From NCBI GenBank assembly GCA_946411205.1, contig CAMKDG010000001.1, positions 8,478 to 72,477 on the forward strand: a DNA stretch of 64,000 nt, in the 5' to 3' direction. Position numbers and translations under genes: made by a program. The notes under the pieces are model-generated. The model worked only from the letters and a program-made list of their open reading frames with translations. It ran no database searches and had not been told where the DNA came from. Source of the stretch: an uncultured Desulfotomaculum sp. GTDB lineage: Bacteria; Bacillota; Desulfotomaculia; Desulfotomaculales; Desulfotomaculaceae. Positions 28,338 through 34,847 of this stretch are shown one piece after another (position 1 is the stretch's first letter; every line of letters starts with the position of its first letter).

Positions 28338-30248
28338 TTACAGATCCCCGTCCTCATAGACGATGCGGAGATTTGGATCGTGGCGCTTAGACATCTTGTG
28401 GCGGGCCTTGCGGTTTTCCACCGTATCAAAGATGATGGAAAAGTCGTAATTGGGAGGATACAGTTCGGCAGCCGATACCCAGAGTTTTAACCGATTGTGT
28501 TTGACCTTGCATTTTTTCCCCTTCACCTGTACCACTACGTCACCATGTTCATCAGCAGGCCGGTAAACAATCCCGCTCTCTCCGTCTGACAGGAGGATGA
28601 CGCTGTCACCCATGGTAAATTTAGCGGCAAGATCGACGGTTTTCTGTTCTGGCAATGAACGCAGCAAGCGGCTTTTAGGTGCTTTCATGACCGTTCCGTT
28701 GGGTGCGTCGCCGGAGTGTTCGCCGTATACCTCATAGTGCGCCCGCTCCAACAGATGCGGGGCAAGACCCAGATGCCTGGCGATGTTTAGGGCGCAGCTT
28801 TCCCCGGTTTTGCCTAGCTCAAGCTGGTAGAGGGGGCGCAGACTTTCCTGATCAAAGGCCATCCGCGCACTCATCACACCGGCTGTATCTCTCGCATAGG
28901 TCTTTACCTGAGGATAGTGGGTGGTGACAAGGAACATACCGCCCCGTTGCCTCAGTTCCTCCAGGATGGCAACGGCGATACCCATGCCCTCAGCCGGGTC
29001 AGTGCCGCTACCCAACTCATCCAGTAGCACCAGACTGTCCCGGCTGGCCTGCTCCAGAATATGGATGATATTGGTCATGTGGCCAGAAAAGGTAGACAGG
29101 TTTTGCGAAATATTTTGACTGTCGCCGATGTCGCACCAGTAGCCATCCTGCATAGCAATATAGCTGCCTTCACCGCAGGGGATGTGAAGACCGCACTGGG
29201 CCATTAGGGAGAGAAGCCCTACCGTCTTGAGAGCTACGGTTTTTCCGCCGGTGTTGGGGCCGGTGATGATGACCCCGGAGGTATCTTCATTCATCCGAAA
29301 GTTTAATGGTACGCAGCTTTCTCCAGCCAGCAAGGGGTGACGACCCTGACGGATATGCAGTCTTCGCTCCCCACCGATTTCTACCGGCACGGCTTTCATG
29401 GCGGCACTCAGCTTGGCTTTGGCGAACAGTATATCCAGTATTTCCATGGCTTCCATGTTGCGGCGTATGGGGACTGCAGACTCTGCCACCAATGAGGAGA
29501 GAATATAGAGAATACGCTGCACCTCGGAGTCTTCCTCCCAGACGAGAGAGGTCATATCTGCCTGAAGCTTGGCTATGGCAGACGGTTCCATGAAGATGGT
29601 GGATCCTTTGCTGGAAGCCTCAATCACGGTGCCGCCGAACTGTGCTTGGTACTTCCGCTGGACAGGCAGTACGTAACGACCTTGCCGAATGGTGATGTAC
29701 CCGTCGGCGAGGTATTGCTTCCGGCTTTGCAGGATGTGGGAAAGTTTTTCCTTAATTTGGGTTTCCACATGCTCCTTCCTGCGGCGGATATTCTTCAGGG
29801 TCGGGCTTGCGTCGTCGTAAAGAGATTCGCCGTTTACGCACTGCTCGATTTCCGACCTGAGTTCCGAGAGGTTTTCGATGCTCCGTCCATAAGAGGCGAC
29901 CTCCTCGGAAGCTTCTCCCTTTGCCAGCCAAGCAGTCATCCGTTTGCAGGACTCGGCGAACTGAGCTAGACCGATCAATTGCTTTGGGATTAACATAGAT
30001 CCCGCCTCGGCCAGAGTGATGGTTTCATCGAGATCTGTCATCAAGGAAAGAGGCGGCGACCCCAACTGATCCAGGAGTTTGCGCGCGGAGGTAGTTTCGG
30101 CCATCTTGCGGATACAGGTGTCTTCGCTAAAATAAGGAGATAAGGTGTCCAATGTATCCTTCGCCTTTTGAGATAAGGCGTGTTCTTTCAGCTTTTCAAT
30201 AATAGAAAAAAACTCCAGGGCTGCATAATGTTGATTCAATATTATCAA
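28338..30248 (-). CDS. MutS2-family ATPase paralogue lacking the Smr domain and the long coiled-coil linker
   Basis: Walker A GPNTGGKTV, STFSGHM, LLDELGSGTDP, TTHY, and a KOW-like GDSVILLSDGESGIVY..VVVQVKGKKCKV. 636 aa versus about 780 aa for canonical MutS2. The start is TTG 30248 or TTG 30239. Confidence 0.85.
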   Translation of the reverse strand: MIILNQHYAALEFFSIIEKLKEHALSQKAKDTLDTLSPYFSEDTCIRKMAETTSARKLLDQLGSPPLSLMTDLDETITLAEAGSMLIPKQLIGLAQFAESCKRMTAWLAKGEASEEVASYGRSIENLSELRSEIEQCVNGESLYDDASPTLKNIRRRKEHVETQIKEKLSHILQSRKQYLADGYITIRQGRYVLPVQRKYQAQFGGTVIEASSKGSTIFMEPSAIAKLQADMTSLVWEEDSEVQRILYILSSLVAESAVPIRRNMEAMEILDILFAKAKLSAAMKAVPVEIGGERRLHIRQGRHPLLAGESCVPLNFRMNEDTSGVIITGPNTGGKTVALKTVGLLSLMAQCGLHIPCGEGSYIAMQDGYWCDIGDSQNISQNLSTFSGHMTNIIHILEQASRDSLVLLDELGSGTDPAEGMGIAVAILEELRQRGGMFLVTTHYPQVKTYARDTAGVMSARMAFDQESLRPLYQLELGKTGESCALNIARHLGLAPHLLERAHYEVYGEHSGDAPNGTVMKAPKSRLLRSLPEQKTVDLAAKFTMGDSVILLSDGESGIVYRPADEHGDVVVQVKGKKCKVKHNRLKLWVSAAELYPPNYDFSIIFDTVENRKARHKMSKRHDPNLRIVYEDGDL

Positions 30249-30283
30249 ATCCTTTCACAAAGCCCCAAATGCCCTGTGACAGC

Positions 30284-30308
30284 AAAAAAGCGCAGTTACC
30301 CACTGCGC
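30284..30308 (-). terminator. Intrinsic terminator inside the 5' leader of the MutS2-like gene (attenuator)
   Basis: On the minus strand: GCGCAG-tgggtaa-CTGCGC plus T6, ending about 35 nt before the gene RBS. Confidence 0.65.
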
Positions 30309-30422
30309 TGCAAAAATAAACGAAAGAGGCGCTTTTGTACAAACGCTTCCTCGGTCATCTCATAAGGCATTTGGGCGCACAAAATAAACAGGTAGTACCT
30401 GCTATGCGTACAAATCATTACC

Positions 30423-30440
30423 TTATAAACTGACCGACAT
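30423..30440 (-). CDS. Candidate 5-codon leader peptide (MSVSL)
   Basis: AGGAGG (30453-30448) lies 7 nt upstream of ATG TCG GTC AGT TTA TAA. Located between the promoter and the leader terminator. Confidence 0.4.
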   Translation of the reverse strand: MSVSL

Positions 30441-30477
30441 CAACACACCTCCTGTGATCGTTTGAGACTACAAAAAT

Positions 30478-30506
30478 ACAGTAGCATGGAATTGTTGGTT
30501 TGTCAA
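30478..30506 (-). promoter_or_regulatory. Sigma-A-type promoter of the MutS2-like leader
   Basis: On the minus strand: TTGACA, 17 nt, TACTGT. Confidence 0.5.
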
Positions 30507-30513
30507 ATCCTTA

Positions 30514-30554
30514 CAAATAAAGACAAGCCAGAGTGAATGTATCACTTTGGCTTG
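30514..30554 (-). terminator. Rho-independent terminator (minus strand) upstream of that promoter
   Basis: 13-bp stem CAAGCCAAAGTGA/TCACTCTGGCTTG followed by TCTTTATTT on the minus strand. Confidence 0.65.
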
Positions 30555-30555
30555 C

Positions 30556-30636
30556 TTACGTTAGGCCCGATCTACAGCTAAAATGACAAAGGGCATGCAC
30601 AGGATATAAATCAACATCAAAATTCCTTCCACGCAT
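30556..30636 (-). CDS. Candidate 26-aa small ORF (MRGRNFDVDLYPVHALCHFSCRSGLT)
   Basis: GGGGAGGTG lies 5 nt before the ATG. The ORF ends immediately before the 30514-30554 terminator. It is the last third of the 90-aa track ORF. Confidence 0.3.
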   Translation of the reverse strand: MRGRNFDVDLYPVHALCHFSCRSGLT

Positions 30637-30740
30637 TGTCACCTCCCCACTATAGCCTCTGAATGAAGTTAAGCGAACGCTGTTATATAGTAATTCTATG
30701 CCACAAAGACGTTTTCCTTTCTGAATAAAAGCCTTTGTTG

Positions 30741-30768
30741 ATTTGTCAAAAAGTTCATTTGTCAAAAA
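30741..30768. repeat. Direct repeat ATTTGTCAAAAA x2 (16-bp period)
   Basis: Copies at 30741-30752 and 30757-30768. On the minus strand each contains TTGACA. Confidence 0.6.
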
Positions 30769-30820
30769 TAGGTATTCATTTGAAAGAATGCTTGTATAAT
30801 TATACAAGCAATAAAAAATT

Positions 30821-31717
30821 TTAGGCACTCTTTAATTCTTTGCTGCCGGGTTGTGCTTCGATACTGTCTTTTAGCTCTGCCACCAGCATACCTGTAAGAA
30901 TGAGCAGACAACCTAACCACTGTCTGCTAGTGAGGATTTCTCCAGCCCACAACCAACCGGTAGCAGCGGCAAATACTGGTTCCATAATAAAGATGATGGC
31001 GGTATGGGTAGGGGAGGTATAGCGTTGTACTGAGTTCTGAATCAAGAAGGCCAGGGCGGTGGCAGGTATGGCGGTGATTAAGAGGCCCATCCAGACCGGT
31101 CTGATGAATTGTTCGGGTAGGGTTTCCCAAGTTGCCCCACAAGCCAAACTGATGATTGCCACCACACCAATCTGTAAGACGGCCAACAACACTGGGTCAT
31201 GCCGGGGAGCATATTTGCCCACCAAGAGAATGTGTCCTGCATAAGAAAGGGCACAAAAGAAAGTTAGGGTATCACCGTAATTAACCCTGAAATCATTATT
31301 GAGAGAAAGCAAGGCCAGACCCACGGTGGCACAAGTAATACCGATGATGGCCGCAGTCTTAGGAAGCCTTTTGGACAAGAGAGATGAAATAAGGGGCACC
31401 AGCACCACGGCCAGCCCAGTGATAAATCCTGCATTCGATGCTGTGGTATATTGTAAGCCCACGGTCTGAAAGGCATAACCGACAAACAAAACAGCACCGA
31501 TAATGAAACCCGCCTTTAGGGTATCTTTATTTAAAAAGGCAAAGCGACGCCAGTAAAGCAAAGTTAAAAAAGCAAAGGCAATGGCGAACCGGATCCCAAT
31601 AAAGTAATAGGGACCGATGCCAGATAGGGCATCCTGTACTACCACAAAGGTAACCCCCCAGATAAAGGTTACCCCAAGCAGAGCCAGGTCCGCTTGTATT
31701 TGTTTCAATCTAGTCAT
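30821..31717 (-). CDS. EamA/DMT-family transporter
   Basis: Ten predicted TM helices and two EamA repeats. The ATG at 31717 is preceded by GAAGGTGG; the track start at 31756 is an extension. Confidence 0.85.
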   Translation of the reverse strand: MTRLKQIQADLALLGVTFIWGVTFVVVQDALSGIGPYYFIGIRFAIAFAFLTLLYWRRFAFLNKDTLKAGFIIGAVLFVGYAFQTVGLQYTTASNAGFITGLAVVLVPLISSLLSKRLPKTAAIIGITCATVGLALLSLNNDFRVNYGDTLTFFCALSYAGHILLVGKYAPRHDPVLLAVLQIGVVAIISLACGATWETLPEQFIRPVWMGLLITAIPATALAFLIQNSVQRYTSPTHTAIIFIMEPVFAAATGWLWAGEILTSRQWLGCLLILTGMLVAELKDSIEAQPGSKELKSA

Positions 31718-31855
31718 GGAAGAACAACCACCTTCACCAGTTCGTAAGCAATACACCCGTTTATTTTCTCACCGAATGGTGTAGGTGTCAAACCTTGTCC
31801 AAAGGAGTTTGGACATATTTTTCGTAAAATTTATTAAATATGGGGGAGGAATTTG

Positions 31856-31884
31856 TTGACCTGAGGCGAATTTAAAATTATAAA
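31856..31884 (+). promoter_or_regulatory. Putative promoter of the amino-acid ABC operon
   Basis: TTGACC, 17 nt, TATAAA. Confidence 0.45.
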
Positions 31885-31966
31885 TTGCATTAAGTAATTA
31901 TACGGTAATGGCAATTTTTTGCACAGGTTGTACTGCAATCATGATTATTATTGAGGAGGAGATTCT

Positions 31967-32776
31967 GTGAAAAAGGCTATCAAATTTGCCCTGCTGGCCC
32001 TGATGGTGTTATCCCTGGCAGTGGCTGCAGTAGGTTGTGGTGGCAAGGAAGCCCCTAAAGAGCCTGCTAAGGAAACAGGAAAACAAGACGCTGCGAAAAC
32101 GAAGTTGGTTGTGGGTGCTGATGCTACCTTTGCGCCCTTTGAGTTCACTGATCCGGCTACCGGCAAGTACACCGGTTTTGATGTGGAATTGATCCAAGCT
32201 ATCTGTGAAGAAGCAGGCTATGAGCTTGACTTCCGCAGCATGGGCTTTGACGGCTTAATTGCTGCTCTGCAAACCAATCAAATTGATGCTGTAATCTCTG
32301 GCATGACGATTACCGAAGACCGTAAAAAGGTTGTTAACTTCAGTGAGCCTTACTACAAGTCTGGTCTTGTGGTAGCTGTCCAGGAAAAGAATAACCAAAT
32401 CAAAAATTTTGATGAGCTACAGGGTAAGAAGATTGCTGTTCAGAGTGGCACCACCGGCGCCTTGCATGCTGAGAAAGCTACCAGCAAAGATAAAATCACT
32501 TATTTCACCAGCAGTGACCAGGCCATGTTAGAACTGAAAAATGGTGCCGTTGATGCAGTGGTGATGGATTATCCGGTAACTGCTTACTTTATCCAACAAG
32601 GGAATAAAGATGTTAAAATGGTGGGTGAAATCCTCTCTGCCGAAGAATACGGTATTGCCGTTCCCAAGGAAAAAACAGAGACCTTAGAGAAGATTAACAC
32701 CGCTCTCAAAGCGCTAAAAGAGAAGGGCAAGTACGGTGAGATTTACAAGAAGTGGTTTGGTGAAGAACCTAAATAG
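31967..32776 (+). CDS. Polar amino-acid ABC transporter substrate-binding lipoprotein (GlnH/ArtJ-like)
   Basis: Lipobox LAVAAVGCGG. Family-3 SBP motifs GFDVELI and SGMTITEDRKK.V.FS.PYY. Confidence 0.88.
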   Translation: MKKAIKFALLALMVLSLAVAAVGCGGKEAPKEPAKETGKQDAAKTKLVVGADATFAPFEFTDPATGKYTGFDVELIQAICEEAGYELDFRSMGFDGLIAALQTNQIDAVISGMTITEDRKKVVNFSEPYYKSGLVVAVQEKNNQIKNFDELQGKKIAVQSGTTGALHAEKATSKDKITYFTSSDQAMLELKNGAVDAVVMDYPVTAYFIQQGNKDVKMVGEILSAEEYGIAVPKEKTETLEKINTALKALKEKGKYGEIYKKWFGEEPK

Positions 32777-32873
32777 AGGGTCGACTGACAACCCGATATC
32801 ATGTACAATAGAGTATGCGTAACATTCACTGTTACGCATATTTTTGCGATTAACTCAATTAGGTGGTGATAAT

Positions 32874-33539
32874 GTGTATGTGCTTGAAATTTGGCAGGAG
32901 GCCTTTCCGGTACTCTTAGTAGGCCTCAGGCTAACCATAGAATTAACCATTTTGGCGGTATTATTTGGGTGTGTTATTGGTTTAATTGTGGCTTTGGGTA
33001 AGATGAGCCGCATGTCGCTGATCAAAATTCCTTCTGTTATTTATGTGGAGTTTTTCCGGGGTTCACCGCTGTTGATTCAGATATTTTTGGTCTACTTTGG
33101 GTTGCCCAAGTTGGTGGGACATCCTCTGAATCAATTTTGGTCTTCCGTAGCGGTGTTAAGTTTAAATAGTGGTGCCTACTGTGCCGAAATCTTTCGGGCG
33201 GGGATCCAGTCCATTGAGCGGGGGCAAATGGAAGCAGCCCGTTCCTTGGGCATGAACCACATCCAGGCCATGCGGTATGTCATTTTACCCCAGGCCTTTA
33301 AGCGGGTCATTCCTCCCATGGGCAATGAATTTATTGCCATGATGAAAGATACTTCCCTGGTGTCCGTGATCGGCTTAGTAGAATTAACCCGCTCCGGACA
33401 GCTGATTATTTCCACCACCTATAACGCTCTGGAAATTTGGTTTGTCGTGGCAATTTTCTATATGATCATGACCATTCTTATCTCCGAATTCTTTGTCAAC
33501 CGCATGGAAAGGAGGCTGCAGGCCGGTGATCGTAGCTAA
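32874..33539 (+). CDS. Polar amino-acid ABC transporter permease (His/Glu/Gln/Arg family)
   Basis: EAA loop [23 protein letters not shown]. The GTG at 32874 lies 8 nt after AGGTGG. Confidence 0.88.
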   Translation: MYVLEIWQEAFPVLLVGLRLTIELTILAVLFGCVIGLIVALGKMSRMSLIKIPSVIYVEFFRGSPLLIQIFLVYFGLPKLVGHPLNQFWSSVAVLSLNSGAYCAEIFRAGIQSIERGQMEAARSLGMNHIQAMRYVILPQAFKRVIPPMGNEFIAMMKDTSLVSVIGLVELTRSGQLIISTTYNALEIWFVVAIFYMIMTILISEFFVNRMERRLQAGDRS

Positions 33540-34248
33540 CAATGTGCACAAAGCCTTTGGCCCATTACAGGTCCTCCGGGGTATTGATTTACAAGTAAAG
33601 GAGCAGGAGGTTGTTGTTATTATCGGACCCTCAGGTTCCGGTAAAAGTACCTTTCTGCGCTGCTTAAATCTACTTGAGGAACCCACCTCAGGGGTGATTA
33701 CCATTGATGGTATGTGTGTAACGGACAAGACCGCTGACATCAACAGAATTCGTCAAAATGTGGGCATGGTGTTTCAACGATTTAATTTATTCCCTCATAA
33801 AACAGCTCTCGAGAACATTACCTTGTCTCCCCTCAAGGTTAAGGGTATACCTTTGCAGGAAGCGAATGCCATCGCTAAGGATTTGTTGGCCAAGGTGGGT
33901 TTGTCCGACAAGGAAACTTCCTATCCAGATCAACTTTCTGGGGGCCAGCAGCAGCGGGTCGCCATTGCCAGAGCTTTGGCTATGAAACCCAAGGTGATGT
34001 TATTTGATGAACCGACTTCTGCACTTGATCCTGAAATGGTGGGTGAAGTGCTTACCGTTATGAAAGATCTGGCTCGGGAAGGAATGACAATGGTGGTTGT
34101 GACCCATGAAATGGGCTTTGCCCGTGAGGTTGGTGACCGGGTACTGTTCATTGATGAAGGTAGGGTCGTTGAAGAAGGAACACCGGAGCAAATTTTTGGT
34201 AACCCCCAAAATGAACGAACTCGAGCGTTTTTAAATAAAATTCTCTAA
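33526..34248 (+). CDS. Polar amino-acid ABC transporter ATP-binding protein (GlnQ-like)
   Basis: Motifs [36 protein letters not shown]. The GTG at 33526 overlaps the permease stop. Confidence 0.9.
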   Translation: MIVANNVHKAFGPLQVLRGIDLQVKEQEVVVIIGPSGSGKSTFLRCLNLLEEPTSGVITIDGMCVTDKTADINRIRQNVGMVFQRFNLFPHKTALENITLSPLKVKGIPLQEANAIAKDLLAKVGLSDKETSYPDQLSGGQQQRVAIARALAMKPKVMLFDEPTSALDPEMVGEVLTVMKDLAREGMTMVVVTHEMGFAREVGDRVLFIDEGRVVEEGTPEQIFGNPQNERTRAFLNKIL

Positions 34249-34252
34249 TATT

Positions 34253-34282
34253 GAAAGCCCCGCCCTATTCGGTGGGGCTTTC
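34253..34282 (+). terminator. Hairpin after the ABC operon
   Basis: GAAAGCCCC-N12-GGGGCTTTC. Confidence 0.6.
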
Positions 34283-34335
34283 AATATTAACCTAAATGAC
34301 AGCTGAATTGGTAGTGGACTAAGACCGATGACAAG

Positions 34336-34365
34336 AAAACCCTGCTAGAAATCTAACAGGGTTTT
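34336..34365 (-). terminator. Terminator of the small wHTH gene
   Basis: On the minus strand: AAAACCCTG-N12-CAGGGTTTT followed by CTTGT. Confidence 0.6.
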
Positions 34366-34377
34366 CCATCTTACTAC

Positions 34378-34653
34378 TTAAATAGCTTCTTTCATTAAGT
34401 GCAGATACTCTTCACCAAGTTTGGTTAAGGAGCAGATTTTACTCTTTCCTTCGGAAGTAACTTCTACCAGGCCGAGGGCAAATAGCTGCATGACCACATG
34501 ATCCAGTACGGCCCGTTTTACCTTAGCCGTTAAGGACAGCTCTTCTTTGTTCATCTTACCTTCATCAATGAGTGCCCGTAGCACTCGTTCTGCTTCTACA
34601 GGCAGTCGATTATTCACTTCCTTAAAATATTGTGACATGGTCAAATCTTTCAT
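34378..34653 (-). CDS. Small winged-helix DNA-binding protein (MarR/ArsR-like fold), function unknown
   Basis: 91 aa. The segment ELSLTAKVKRAVLDHVVMQLFALGLVEV..GKSKICSLTKLG looks like a wHTH. RBS AAAGGGG. Confidence 0.5.
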   Translation of the reverse strand: MKDLTMSQYFKEVNNRLPVEAERVLRALIDEGKMNKEELSLTAKVKRAVLDHVVMQLFALGLVEVTSEGKSKICSLTKLGEEYLHLMKEAI

Positions 34654-34847
34654 TCAGTACAACCCCTTTGCTAAGAAACTAGTTGATATTAGTAAGATTA
34701 TTGACAAAATAGTCAGTGTTTATTCGTTAGTTTGCAAAATTTTTTTATTTCTTATCGGATTGGGTTTCTGGTGCTTTTCCTTTACCTGGAGAGATTGCTG
34801 CTTTATAATTTAAACTATAATTTAGTGGAAACAACCGGGGGATATAC

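Noticed and set aside
27922-28359. 145-aa ORF between the CDF and MutS2-like genes
   Set aside because: It is a composite. It runs through one frame of the frameshifted LuxR remnant, across a terminator and into the 3' end of the convergent MutS2-like gene, so it is not a coherent protein.
28249-28359. 36-codon ORF (MSKILKDDSKKGECRS...) with AAAGGAGG upstream
   Set aside because: The spacing to the ATG is about 10 nt. The ORF runs through the minus-strand terminator hairpin and overlaps the MutS2-like stop. This is insufficient support.
28703-29969. Four plus-strand ORFs of 65-107 aa
   Set aside because: All are antisense to the MutS2-like gene, are Arg/Pro/Ser-rich and lack an RBS. This is typical of shadow frames in G+C-richer DNA.
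30791-30808. Palindrome CTTGTATAATTATACAAG, considered as the EamA terminator
   Set aside because: The stem is AT-rich and lacks a convincing T-run in either direction. It may be an operator or a weak terminator, so it is not called.
30556-30828. 90-aa minus-strand ORF taken at full length
   Set aside because: Its 5' part overlaps the EamA stop and crosses a palindrome. Only the last 26 codons have an RBS; those are reported separately at low confidence.
31796-31815. Palindrome TGTCCAAA-ggag-TTTGGACA considered as the same operator family as TGGACAAATATTTGTCCA at 7549-7566
   Set aside because: The two share only the hexamer TGGACA/TGTCCA, in opposite half-site orientation. With two occurrences this cannot be distinguished from chance.
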